Source: Octopus sinensis (taxonomy: Eukaryota). From it: 64,000 nt of DNA. Below the pieces are notes generated by a model, which saw nothing but the letters and a program-made list of their open reading frames with translations, was not told where the DNA came from and searched no databases. A program made the position numbers and the translations under genes. Positions 14,340 to 27,130 of the stretch are shown one piece after another (the first letter of the stretch is position 1; each line of letters begins with the position of its first letter). The stretch lies in NCBI RefSeq assembly GCF_006345805.1, contig NC_043008.1, forward strand, positions 69,006,001 to 69,070,000. Reading direction: 5' to 3'.

Positions 14340-15325
14340 TATACATAGATACATAGATATATACATAGATGCATACATACATACATACATACATACACAC
14401 ATACATACATACATACATACATACATACATACATACATACATACATACACACGTGCATACATACATACATATGTATATATGTATGCGTGTATATATATAT
14501 ATATATATAAATATGTTTTTCATGTTCTGTTTATTTGTCTTTCTCTTGTTTATGTTTTCATAAAAGTCTCTTTTTTGGCTCTATATTTTCCCCATATGGA
14601 ACAAGAATATTATTAATTGAATATAAGAAACAAGATCTACATGTTGAAATTGTTGTTGTGTCCAATGGTTCGGTTGGTTCACTGCAGTCTTGTAATAAAA
14701 ATGCTTTTAACTATCAGAACTAGACGCTACTAGTGGTTAGTGTCGGAACCACTCCTTCTCTCACACACAATCAAATAATAATCTAAACTGTACTCTCTCT
14801 CTTTCTCACACTCACAAAAACACGCAGACACACTCGCAAACAAAAAATACTGATACATACACACATATATGCGCGTGTGCGCGCACATACATGTATGCAT
14901 ATATGTGTATGTATGTATGCATTGATCTATCTATCTATCTATCTATCTTTGGTAGACGATCTTTGGTAGACGTTAACTGATAGAACCCGTCGCATGTATA
15001 TATATATATATATATAATATATATATATATACACACACTATATATATATACACCTTATTAACCATAATATATATACACACACACACACCATATATATATA
15101 TACACACCACACACACACCTATATATATATATTAATATATTATATATATATATTATATATGTTATATATAATATACTTTTTATTTAAAGCACAGAAACAA
15201 AATTGTTGAATTTTTCTGCTGCTTTAAATAAAGCATGTACTCTACCACTGGTATTTTGTACTCTTTTTTTTCCACTTGTTTCACTTTACGTGTTACTCAG
15301 TATATATATATATATTATATATATA

Positions 15326-15386
15326 TATAGCTTCATCGGGGCCTCGAATGTACTGTACTTCATAATCGAGGCTCCGATGAATCATA
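15326..15386. ncRNA. Isolated 61-nt hairpin (candidate pre-miRNA or small MITE remnant)
   Basis: ttcatcggggcctcga (15332-15347) pairs with tcgaggctccgatgaa (15366-15381): 16 bp including one G-U on the + strand, 18-nt loop. Confidence 0.3.
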
Positions 15387-15583
15387 AGGTGTTACACATA
15401 CACTCAGTCATGAGACCAGTCTATCTAATTGCAGAAACATCTGTAAGCTAATGAATTTCATAAAATTATTCTTTATTCATTTATCATCTTATTTACTTGT
15501 GTGTGTGTGTGTGCGTGTGTACACGCGCGTGTGTATCTTCATATATACATACATATGTGCATGGGGACAATGAAAAACATTAT

Positions 15584-15618
<35 letters not shown>

Positions 15619-15939
15619 TTCCCACATCATGGTATATATATATACATATATATATATATACATTTCCCACATATTTGGCTTACGTAACTAAAATATTCTT
15701 CGTCATTATTATCCTGCCTACCATCTAGATTCTAACCATGACTCTGGTACTCCAGTATGCCTTCACTCAACTAGCTGGAAGCAACAAAATTGTAAATGTA
15801 GAAAGGTATGAAGAATTTGAGAAAAAGCTTGTTTCCATAATCATTGCAGACGCTCAGGTTTTTTTTTTTGATGAATAGTATATAGTTTCATGTTATAAAA
15901 ATCTGATATCCGTAGAATAAATATTGGTATGATGGCACC

Positions 15940-16050
15940 ACCAGAGAGAAGAAAAGATAAATAGATAGAGATGAGAGAGAGAGAGAGAGAAAGATGAGAG
16001 AAAGAAGAACAAGAGAGGAGAAGGAGAGAGAGGAGAGAGAGGAGATAGAT

Positions 16051-16088
<38 letters not shown>

Positions 16089-16155
16089 TGAGAGAGAGAT
16101 GAGAGGAGAGCGAGAGAGAGAGACGAGAGAGAGAGAGACGGAGTAGAGAGAGAAG
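15940..16155. repeat. Imperfect (GA)n purine tract
   Basis: Directly visible; explains ORF 15841..16212. Confidence 0.9.
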
Positions 16156-16185
16156 ATTAGTTTGAAAACACCAGGGAGAATTATA

Positions 16186-16729
16186 TTGGGTTGTCCGGAA
16201 AGTTCGTGCCAATTTTTAAAGGAAAGAAAAAGGTCGATAAATACTTGCCATTACATTTTTAATCAACCAAATATAAACCATTTTGTTGCACAATGCGGCT
16301 CCATCTTTGGCTTGAAAATACCCTCTTCCCAGAATTGAGGTGGTTTCGTGGCAAAGAATTCATCAAGGTATCTTTTTACGTCATCCAAGGAATTGAAATT
16401 TTTACCATTAAGACTATTCTGCAGAGACCTGAATAAGTGGAAATCCGAAGGAGAAATATCTGGTGAATATGGAGGGTGGGGTAACACATCCCAGCCGAGC
16501 TGCAGCAATTTTTGTCTGTTACCCAAAGCATCAAGTGCCGAAGATGAACTTTCGTGTCTTCCATTATAAAGGGTTACAGAATTAACACAGGTTATAGGAA
16601 TATAAACCTTCTTCCACGAAAAGATAGCTTAAACTGTGCTCTAAATGGAGGTGTAGTCAAATCCTATTTTTATGGACTCAACCATGTTCTAAACTAAGTC
16701 GAAAGGTAAGCTACTATAAAGCACGAACT
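16186..16729 (-). mobile_element. Internally deleted mariner (DD34D-type) element
   Basis: TA|ttgggttgtccggaaagttcgtgc TIR; the other TIR survives only as gcacgaact (16721-16729). N-terminus MEDTKVHLRHLMLW is joined directly to the C-terminus RQKLLQLGWDVLPHPPYSPDISPSDFHLFRSLQN. Confidence 0.9.
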
Positions 16730-17059
16730 AGAAGGCTATCCACGTTGCAGATATATTGTCAATGTTTAAAAGCAAATAATACGCAATTTGTTAGTTTGGT
16801 GTTGCGGAGACGTGTATGTAACTATTGATGGTTAGTTCGATAAACTGATAGATCGATAAACCGATACGTAGCTAGATAAATGGATAGATACACCAATAGA
16901 CAGTTAGGTGGGTAGATAGTTAGATAGATATATTGATAGATACTCAAAACGGCGTGAAGAAGGTACTTAAATCCAGACTTTTGCCGATTGAAGGTTTGTC
17001 AAATTTTCATGATATGGATATCGGGCGACAATGTTTGCTTCGTTGTTGTTTGCTTCTTT

Positions 17060-17149
<90 letters not shown>

Positions 17150-17600
17150 GTGTGGTGTATATATATATATATATGTTTTGTGCCTTTACGGTGCTTTTAC
17201 TTCATATAAGTATGTATATATGTATGTACGTAGGCATATATGTATGCATGTACGTGTGTGTGTATGTAAGTATGTATGTGTGCAGTACTAGTAGCATTAG
17301 TATTAGTATTAGTATTAGTAGCACCAACAGCAGTAACTGAATTATAATAGATACTGCGGCTGCTCTATTATACGTGTATATATGATAAGATTTGTTTACA
17401 CTTTGGAAGGTCAAAGACCGTCTGTGTTTAAAGTATTTTCAGTTTTGTAGATTCTATATAACAATAATCTACAATTTAATCAACCTACCCCGTAAAAATG
17501 GGTTGAAAGAGACCGCACAAACAGCTAAAATTCTAACACCCTAAGATTATTTTTGACCAAACTACGAATATCTATATATACATGTATGTGTGTATGTGTG

Positions 17601-17631
<31 letters not shown>

Positions 17632-17639
17632 ATACCAGT

Positions 17640-17808
17640 CACCATGCTTGATCGCTAAATCCACGAGTTTTTTTATTCTCTCTGTGTTTATTTTCTTTTA
17701 TTTCTTTCTGTTGAAGAGCGTAGGCTCGAAATGTAAAGGTCTTTCTCACTTTCCCTGCTTGTTGTTCATACACCAGTCTTCGTCTTTGTTTTTCTGTAAT
17801 TTTCCTAT
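17640..17808 (+). mobile_element. Family E short element with hammerhead-like motif (17704-17739)
   Basis: ctttctgttgaagagcgtaggctcgaaatgtaaagg...gtcttcgtctttgtttttctgtaattttcc. Confidence 0.75.
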
Positions 17809-17852
17809 ATAATATATATATATATATATAATATATATATATATATGGGTAG

Positions 17853-17923
<71 letters not shown>

Positions 17924-18019
17924 TGGGTGTGTGTGTGTGTGTGTATATATATATATGTGTGTGTGTGTGTATATATATATGTATATGTATACATATATAC
18001 ATACATGGACAAACATATA

Positions 18020-18190
18020 GGAACAGGCATGGCTGTGTGGCAAGAAGCTTCGTTTTCAACCACATGGTTACAGGTTCAGTCCCACTACGTGAACATTTGT
18101 GTCTCGAAGTGTCTTCTACTATAGCCCCGGGGCCAACCAAAGCCTTGTGAGTAGATTTGGTAGACGGAAACTGAAAGAAGCCTGTCGTAT
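18020..18190 (+). mobile_element. tRNA-headed SINE, 5' half (family A/B head)
   Basis: ggcatggctgtgtggcaagaagc...ggttcagtcccact...tggtagacggaaactgaaagaagcctgtcgtat. Confidence 0.85.
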
Positions 18191-19243
18191 GTCTATACAT
18201 ATATATATATATATATATATATGTTTATGTTTAAATAAATAAATAAATATATGGTTCCAAGGTGTTATATGACCGAACGATTACTCAAGGAGGCAACGAT
18301 GCTAAAGGATTTTCAGAAAGTAAGAATGTCAACCTACGTTGATTTGTTTCCTGAAAAGAATGCCCTTAAATAAATAAGTACTTATCTCAGTTTAATTCAC
18401 GGCTTGTAAAGAAAGGGTTGGATATATATAACCAGCCAACTCCGGGCATTCTTCCAAGGAATATCAATTGAATGAGCAAAAAGAGGATGTGGACAAATTG
18501 TGCACAATGACCGAAATGGATTAACAACGCAGAGAAATGATTTGCTATTATGAAATGTATCATACTGAATGTAGCTACAATAACAGTGTCACAGGAAGGC
18601 CACAGTGGTGTTGAATGACTGCTGGAGTAAACGTAATTTAAACCCTATATCAAGAAGACAAGTAATAAGATCCATCAGCAAAAGTTACTTGTTCTCGACT
18701 TCGGAGAAAGAAGTCTGCGTGAAGAGAGGTGAATTGTTTGGTTTCAAGTTGGGTCCTTCGTCGGAACTGAAATGAGTAAAGCTATATTAGATGAACTCAA
18801 AACTTTAGAATTCCCTTGTCTGCGGCAAAGACAAACCTATTGAATTTTATGGCGCTCAAGCACTAAAGACTCATTCTTCAGCAAACACCATAAACCAGAG
18901 CTTGCCATCAGCCGGCACATGATTTTCATTATTAGTCTGTTTGAATGTAACGTTTACAGCTCAATGTTCTCTCATAACCACGTTTTTATGTGATGTTTTC
19001 ATTTTACAGTTGGTTTCCTGTAATAGATTGAGTTTATGACTAAGGTTTGTTCTAATCATGATTAGAGCCGTTTGTGCGGCTGAAATATCATATAAAATTT
19101 CTGGTATTTCTTAGCAAACATTGTCCTTTGTTTTGGATTTTACAGTATAACATTAATACATAAACACATATTATTTGTATGCATAAATACATATGTATGT
19201 ATGTATGTATACTACATACCACACACATACACATACACACACC

Positions 19244-19276
<33 letters not shown>

Positions 19277-19368
19277 TATATATATATATATATATTATAT
19301 ATATATATATATATATATTATATTATACATATATATATATATTACTATATATCTATATATCTATATAT

Positions 19369-19413
<45 letters not shown>

Positions 19414-19550
19414 GTACATACATACATACATTTATGATCTCTCTCTCGCACCCTATCAATCTATCTATCTGTTTGTCTCTTGCCTGTCCATGTATCCATT
19501 CATCTGGCTCTCTTTCTCTCTATATATATGTGTGCATGAAGAGATATACT

Positions 19551-19584
<34 letters not shown>

Positions 19585-19659
19585 TGTATGTATGTATGTA
19601 TGTATGTATGTATGTATGTATGTATATATATATATATATATAATTTACACTTATATGTA

Positions 19660-19825
19660 TACATTATTTACATTATTTACAATTGACGGATATTTGTCCT
19701 ATTCTTGTTTTTGTTGTTAATAGAATGTTTCGGCTGATATACCCTCAAGACTTCATCAGTTGTCTTGGGGATATTTCGAGCCATGGTTCTCATTCCTAAG
19801 GTATTTTTCGATGTTGTTGTTGTTG

Positions 19826-19900
<75 letters not shown>

Positions 19901-19960
19901 TCACTGCCTGGAATTGAGCTCGGAATCTTGGGTTAATAGCTCACACTCTTAACAACTAAC
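19660..19960 (-). mobile_element. tRNA-headed SINE with internal (AAT)n and hammerhead-like 3' region (family F), left copy
   Basis: Reverse complement is colinear with 19961-20290; contains ctgatgaa...cagccgaaac (19727-19759). Confidence 0.8.
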
Positions 19961-20038
19961 GGGCATATGGCGTAGTGGTTAAGAGCGCGGATTCCAAGTT
20001 CGATTCCAGACACTGACCTGAATAATAATAATAATAAT

Positions 20039-20109
<71 letters not shown>

Positions 20110-20290
20110 GATCGAAAAATACCTTAGGAATGGGAACCCAGGTTCGAAATTTCCCTTGAACACATGATGAAGTATGGAGGGTATATCAGCCAAAACGTTG
20201 TGTTAACAACAAATAAAATGACAAATATCCGTCAATTGTAAATAATGTAAATAATGTACATAATTCCTCATCTCTTAAACATAGAACTGT
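19961..20290 (+). mobile_element. Family F SINE, right copy (head-to-head with the left copy)
   Basis: A-box tggcgtagtgg (19968-19978), B-box gttcgattcc (19998-20007), (AAT)n, then aacacatgatgaa...cagccaaaacgttgtgtt (20159-20204). Confidence 0.8.
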
Positions 20291-20311
20291 ACGTATATGT
20301 ATATATGTATG

Positions 20312-20366
<55 letters not shown>

Positions 20367-20488
20367 CTTTGTATGTGTGAGCGTGCGTGTCTGTGTAAGT
20401 GTATGTGTATATATATTACTTTATATCTACATACATAAATACATGCACACATACATGTATTTATTATATATTATATTATATATATATA

Positions 20489-20678
20489 AAGGGAAAGTTT
20501 ACGAAAATAAACAAAAGATGAAGGCAGGTGGTGTACAAACAAACAGATGTATTAGTATAGCGCTCAGGAATAGAAAAGTCTTTAACATTTCGAGCCTACG
20601 CTCTTCTACAGAAAGGTACACAGAAAAAACAAGGAGAGAAAAAAATGTGTGTAGTGGCTAACGATCTATCATGGCACA
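20489..20678 (-). mobile_element. Family E short element with hammerhead-like motif (20580-20615)
   Basis: Reverse complement ctttctgtagaagagcgtaggctcgaaatgttaaag; colinear with 11830-12030. Confidence 0.8.
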
Positions 20679-20684
20679 CATATA

Positions 20685-20885
20685 TATGTGCATCTCTGAT
20701 CATGAGAAGAAATAGTGGGGGAGCATCATAGCCGTATGTTGACAGGAATTCTTAGAGGTTTGGATAATTCACATTTGGAAACACGGGTGGTTCGTTCAAC
20801 ATCTTTAAACAATCCTTATTCAGGGACCTTTTGAGCGGGATGGGCTACTCAACCAGAAGAAAATTCTAAGTGGGCCTCTCCTGCA
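20685..20885 (+). mobile_element. Internal fragment of repeat family D
   Basis: Matches 26705-26900 (gtgcatctctgatc...agtgggggagcatcatagcc...ggaccttttgagcgggatgggctactcaacc). Confidence 0.75.
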
Positions 20886-21006
20886 ACAAACAAAATGCCA
20901 AATCCTAAACAAATGACAAATATCCGTCAATTGTAAATAATGTAAATAATGCACATAATTACTCATCTCTTAAATGTAGAACTGTACGTATATGTAAATA
21001 TGTATG

Positions 21007-21037
<31 letters not shown>

Positions 21038-21404
21038 ATCCTTGTATGTGTGAGCGTACGTGTCTGTGTAAGTGTATGTTTATATATATATATTACATTA
21101 TAACTACATACATACATACATACATATATATATGTACATACATACATGCATATATTTATTATATATATATATATATATATATATAATGTACTTTTAAACA
21201 CATTATATAGGCAGTTTTACACGCTCGAAGAAGTAGTCAAAACGACCAAAACCACATTTAAGAACAATTTCTAAAAAGAATGTAAGTTAAAAACTTTTAC
21301 CTTGTTATTTTATTCCGGTCAAACCAAGGTTTCAAATTTTTTAGCAAATGAAATAATTTCTAGACGAAATTCTCATCAGTGACCGCGCTGCGCCATAACA
21401 CTAA

Positions 21405-21512
21405 CATACGTCCCCGAAAAGTCGCGGTTCAGCAAAAGAGACCGATAGAATAAGTACTAGACTTACAAAGAATATTTCCTGGGGTCGATGTGGTCGACTA
21501 AAGGGGGTGCTC
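21405..21512 (+). mobile_element. 3'-half fragment of SINE family A/B
   Basis: gcggttcagcaaaagagaccgatagaataagtact...ggggtcgat...cgactaaagggggtgctc, truncated by the adjacent Tc1/mariner element. Confidence 0.8.
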
Positions 21513-22779
21513 CAGGGTGCGGCGAATTATAGTCTAAATTACGCAAAAACGAAAATAATACTGACATCTCATTTTAACAGATATATTTGCCCAAATTACA
21601 TTAAAATATTTTGAAATACTAAGAGTAAATTTATTCAATAAAATAGTCATTGGCTTGCCCCACGGACTCCAGACGATTTCGGAACTCTCCTGCAACTCTT
21701 CTGGATGGTTTCCTTATTTAAGTTAGGGAATGCTGCCATAATCCTTGTCTTCAGTTCATATTTAGTATTTGAAGGAGTTTACTTGGTCTCTTGCTCAACT
21801 GCGCCCCGCACATTATAATCAAAAAGGTTGCAGTCTGGGGAGTTAGGTCGACAGATGTTAGGGGTTAAGTGGTCGCAGAAATTGTCTGACAGCCATGACT
21901 GCCTTCTCCTGCTTGTATGCCAGACATACGTTCTTCCAGCAGCAACCCTCTTGACTCAGGGTAGCACTTACTTCTCTAGGCTTCTGGGTCGAATCTGAAG
22001 CCATGTGGGAAGATTAATGGAGGCATAACGTCCTTATCACTAATGATCACTCCAAACGCCATGATGTGACTGACTGATTGAAATTTATCATTCTCGGTAC
22101 ATGTTTTGGGGAAACGGCAAGCCATCGGTTGTTCAGTGTGTTCACCATCTGATTCTGGCAGAAACTATTCTCGTCTGAGAAAAACCAAAGCATGTTCGGT
22201 TGGTGGGGATGCTTGAGTTTGTTTAAAAGCTTCGTAGCGCGGTCTTTCCTCTTATTCTCGATAGCTTTTGATAAAAATTGACCCTTTCTCATCTTGTATG
22301 AGGAATACCAAATGTCTTCACGTGCTAATTGCATAATAAGTAACTCAAACACTCCCATGTCCCTGGCAATGGACCTGATTGACTTCGATGGAATCCTGTC
22401 AATCATGGTCTGGATCTCACCAACAAACTCAGGAGTTCTGTTCTTATCAGACCAATAAGAGTGAGTTTTGCGAGTTGCCGTGCCTTCGTAATCACCATTA
22501 GACTGATCCAACTCTTTCCGAGTCCTCTGCACTGTCCTCAGATTGACAGCCCAACACTGAAACGTTCATATTGGAGCTTTCGGCGCGAATATCAAGCAGT
22601 ACAGCATGTCGTTTCCAAATTTCTGGCGGAGTGAATTGCGTCATGGTGCTGTTTTCTCTCACAGTCGGTGCCCTAACTGACCCTAGAATACTTTATAGTC
22701 GACAAAATCAAAATCAAACAATGCCCATAACCGAAATTGAAAACATAAAATGGCCACAATTTATCCATTGTAACCTCTG
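21513..22779 (-). mobile_element. Near full-length degenerate Tc1/mariner-superfamily transposon (maT/DD37D-like)
   Basis: ORF 22047..22532 has an HTH-like region (SIRSIARDMGV) and WFFSDE; downstream frames give RPNSPDCNLFDYNV. Both ends are homologous to 13474-14339. Confidence 0.85.
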
Positions 22780-24733
22780 TGTGTGTGTGCATGTGAGTGT
22801 ATATATAAATGATTGAATATACGCTAATGTTCTATTGAGCATCAATCTATTGAACCTCCTGGAAGGGAAAAAGGGCATTGTGCTTATAGGTCCTATGGAA
22901 TATATAATGAAACAGGAAAAGAAAAAAAAATCAGATATTATACTGAAAAAGTCTGACTACTTACTGCTTATGTCACCCAATAATATATAGATATACGTAC
23001 GTACGTATGTATGTATGTATGTATGTAGTATGTATGTATGTATGTATGTATGTATGTATGTATGATGTATGTATTATGTATGTATATATGTATGTTTTTT
23101 TGTGTATGTATGTACACGTGTGTGTATATATATATATATATATGCGTGTGTGTGATTGTGTGTATGTATGCCTTTCTGTCTGTCTTATTTATTTATTATG
23201 TCGGTGTTGTTGAGCATAAAACGCTAGTCTTCTGGTTCAGATGTTGTTTTATCTTTAATCATTTGTTAGCCTACATTGGAGTAATATCAAAATACTTTTG
23301 ACTGCCAGCCATTAGATATAAGCATATATCGTAAACCGCATAAAATAAAACACTGTCTAGTTGATTAGTAAAGACTCACCAATAAACTACAGCCACTAAC
23401 TCGCTTATTTTCTGTTTAATCTTTAGATCTCTCCTGAAACTCGCACTGCAGTTAACCATAGCAACACCGTGTAGGCACATTCTCTAGCTTTCGACATTGC
23501 TTCCTTGCTTCCATCACTCTAAGCCTATGATTTCATTATTTCTTAGCGTTACAGTAGTCCAGAAACCTCTTCATGACCAACGTTTTCCTACAGACGTTAA
23601 CGTACCTGTGTATTAGGCGAACATAAATTAACCATATTAATTTCAGTAATTTAGGATTGCAGTCAAGGACTATGGGCGCTGTTTCTTCTCAATAAAAACA
23701 AACAAAAAACAAAAACAATGTAAAAACATACTGATAACAGGATGTTTATATCAAGAAAATTAGTGATTTAACGATATGGTTAACTGAATTTTGAGATTAA
23801 AAAAAGATGTTCACCACGACAAAGTTATCATTAAAGAAAGTTGAAAGATGTGAAAATTGCTGTTGACATCTTACATTTGTATGACGTCAATTTCCTGTTT
23901 AATAAAACTCAAGGTATGAAACTAAACATACTAATTTGTTCGAGAAACAGCTACAACGAATACAGAAACTCCAAAAATAAAACAAAATAAAAAAATATAA
24001 TAAAACAGTGAAAGACGAAATCGGCTGACTTTTTAATTAGGTGTTTGTGTTTTGTTTGTTTGTTTCAAAGTTAAACTGTTATTAAAATCTAACAATGTAT
24101 TGCAAACTGACAATTAGAACAAACAAGCTGCGTTATCTTCTGGAATGTCGACGCAGAATCTTGAATCATAGTAACAGCGAGGCATCATAATCGAATATGT
24201 CTTTGGGGAGAATACTGATTAGTTCATGTTCATGTTGGAGAAAGTTTGGAGCAATTCAGATCGCTAATCACGATTATTCTCTGTGTTTAATCTTAGAAAT
24301 TTTAATGCTGTTTCATTTCATTGTTTTGTAAAGGCTATATGTCGATCCCGTTTAGAGAATATGACATAAAAAGAAGGGAACATGTTATCCTTAAACTGAA
24401 GACATAACTTTATACTCCAATGTACCCTATAACGTTGCCCAGGAGTCATATGATAGCGTAAAGGCACAGTACTGAATAATTAGATTCACTCAACACGAAT
24501 TGATTTTATGATGCAGTTTCGATTCTCGGGTCAAGCCAATTACTTCCCATGCCTCATTAGTGGTCTTTTGAGAAAGTTAACTCCTCTCACTTACAATTCT
24601 TTCTTCAATGTTTTATCAGAAATGAAAATGCAGGTTTTGACAACACTCCCATCTCACCCACTGTAACTTATCTCCACATCAAAAAATACCTGCAGGGAGT
24701 GGGAAAATAACATCGGTTGTTACCCATAATTTC

Positions 24734-25741
24734 CGCGGTAGACAGACAGTTGGCCGACAGACAACTTACAGACAGGACAATTGACCGACTGGAAAATTTG
24801 CCGAAAGGACCCTATGTCGAGATTTTTTTTAAACAAAGTAAATATTACGAAAAAGTTTGATTAGACTTACAAATAAAACAATTTATTTACAAAATATTAC
24901 GTACAATAGGTGAACATATGAAAAAAGAACAAAAAGTTTTGTTAGTCTTACAAATAGAAATAAAAAAATCACAATTATGGGCACATGCCCTTAAAAATTT
25001 CAACCCAGTTTCATCGTCGCAATTAAGAACAATGGTTTTAAGTCTTTCCTTAAGGTGAATGTACTTTTTGCTTTTCCAAATTAGTCATGGATAGTGTATA
25101 ATCCCTTACCTAAAGGAGCGCAGTCAAACGTTCCGTCACAAAACCACTCACTTTTCTTGGCTAAAATTTCTAACTTTTTCACAGTACCAAACATAGAAAC
25201 CTCATCATTTCTATATAGTAAAAAAATTATCACCTCTTGACATTTTATACAATCCACTCTCATTAACAACTGCTCTATTCTGTCGCACTGTACGTTTAAG
25301 AGATTCCATTTTCGGTGAACATCCAGCAACGCTCAAGGATATATCCGAAGCTACAGTTTCACCTATAGAGCTCGGTAATTGTTCAGCTCATTCAGCAAGA
25401 AACTTTATTTCTTCTTTAACTTTTGCAGCGTGATTTTCAATCGGCGTTGGTGGATGTACGTGTTCAGAAAGAGTTGTGCTAATTTCATAATCACTCGTTG
25501 TCAGTCTGTCACTGAAAAGCTTACGCATCTCCAGTAAGTCTTTTCTTTCCTGGTTCTATCAATAATATAGGCGTACCATTTGTATAGAATCTTTCTGTCT
25601 CCTCGTTCCTTTCATCAGTTCATCATGGTTGATATTTTTGCATGTCGACTTATTGTCCAATAAGCCAACTGTCCAATCGGCGAATTGTCTGTTGGCGAAT
25701 GTCTGTCGGCGAATTGTCTGTCGCCGAATTGTCTGCGCACG
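24734..25741 (-). mobile_element. Internally deleted MULE (Mutator-like) transposon
   Basis: FLYWCH-like YAYIIDRTRKEKTYWRCV...SEHVHPP (about 25450-25580) and DDE-start motif EWFCDGTFDCAPLGKGLYTIH (ORF 25081..25329). Termini are inverted arrays of a gacaatt(c/g)gccgaca-like subrepeat. No TSD found. Confidence 0.8.
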
Positions 25742-25789
25742 ATTTTCAGCGCATGACAACCTCAAAACGTAGTGTTTCGTAAGAAACCC

Positions 25790-25965
25790 GAAATTTGTTG
25801 GTAAGTGGGGGCTAGTCGATTACATCAGCCGTAATTCTTGACTGGCACTTATTTGATCAATTCCGAAATGATTAAAGGCAAAGTCCACTTCGGTAGCATT
25901 TGAACTCGGGACGTAAAGCGGAACGAAATGTTGCTAAGTATCTTGTCCAAGGTTCTAACGATCTG
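25790..25965 (-). mobile_element. Old SINE family C copy
   Basis: aaaggcaaagtccacttcggtagcatttgaactc...ctaacgatctgc is a diverged match to the 11213 and 32128 copies. Confidence 0.7.
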
Positions 25966-26349
25966 CTAATCTAACACATTTAAAAATGTTTCTAGTATAG
26001 TCAAAACGCAGTTTTTTCTGTGATATCACCTCATCAGATGAAACAGAAGGCAAACCAAAGATAACTAAGGTCATCTTTCTATTTTTGCGGCACTAGTTTC
26101 TGAGACAATGTCCTGTCACAAGAAACAGAAGGTAAACTCAATAGTCATCTTTAGTTTGTGTGACTTTGGTTTTATGACACTGGTTTTTGTGGCACCGCCC
26201 TCTCACATCAAACAGAAAGCAAATGGATAAAAAATGAAAAATGATCAAAAGAAAAAGAGTATGACGAATATTTTAACTTGGGACCTTGAAAAAACCGATT
26301 TGAAGATGGGTGTTTCTCTTCATCATGATAACCTTACCATCATCATTAT

Positions 26350-26379
26350 GACAATAATATAATAATAATAATAATAATA

Positions 26380-26411
<32 letters not shown>

Positions 26412-27081
26412 TAATAATAATAATAATAATAATGGATAATAATAATAATAATAATTAATAATAATAATAATAATGATGATGATAATAATAATAATAAAAT
26501 AATAATAATATAATAATAATATAATATAATAATACAGGCAGTGGCTCTATGGCTTCTGATCTTAACTGATTGGAAGGTTATCATGTACATTGTTTTGTCT
26601 TGGTATAAAAGATGGGCTACAGCAAATATTCTGCTCAATACCACAGATTTGCTTGTCAGTTTTTTGACCATAACCATTGAGCATGTCCCTTAGTGGCTGA
26701 CGATATGTGCATCTCTGATCACGGGCAGAAGTAGTGGGGGAGCATCATAGCCATGTGTTGAAGGGATTCTTTGGGGTTTGAATAATTCACCTCTGGAAAT
26801 ATGGGTGGTTTTTTCACATCCTTAAACAACCCTTTTCAGGACCTTTTGAGCGGGATGGGCTACTCAACCTGAAGAAAATTCTAACTGGCCCCACCTGCAA
26901 GGTCATGTGCTGTTTATCTTGATATGAGATCACCATGTCGTGCACATTGTGATGCATGTGCCTGGTTACCCTTATCAGACGGGTAGTCATGATGGGTATA
27001 CTGGGCTTCATATATTTTACCCCAGTGTCACTTTGATGGCATGACTGCTCTCACACTCAATAATAATAATATAATAATAAA

Positions 27082-27130
<49 letters not shown>

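Noticed and set aside
15729-15805. Possible 77-nt exon (ctag|...aag|gtatga) open in two frames
   Set aside because: There is no recognisable protein similarity and no supporting neighbouring exons; such splice-like pairs arise by chance. RNA-seq would be needed.
18240-19080. Unique stretch with faint resemblance to a Ty3/gypsy RT-RNase H linker (KAILDELKTL, DKPIEF)
   Set aside because: The motifs are too short and are not in a consistent frame; left unannotated.
23451-23889. RFX X-box-like gttaaccatagcaac (23451-23465) and CRE tgacgtca (23882-23889; also 53-60)
   Set aside because: Single short motifs are expected by chance in 64 kb, and no transcript start or gene is evident.
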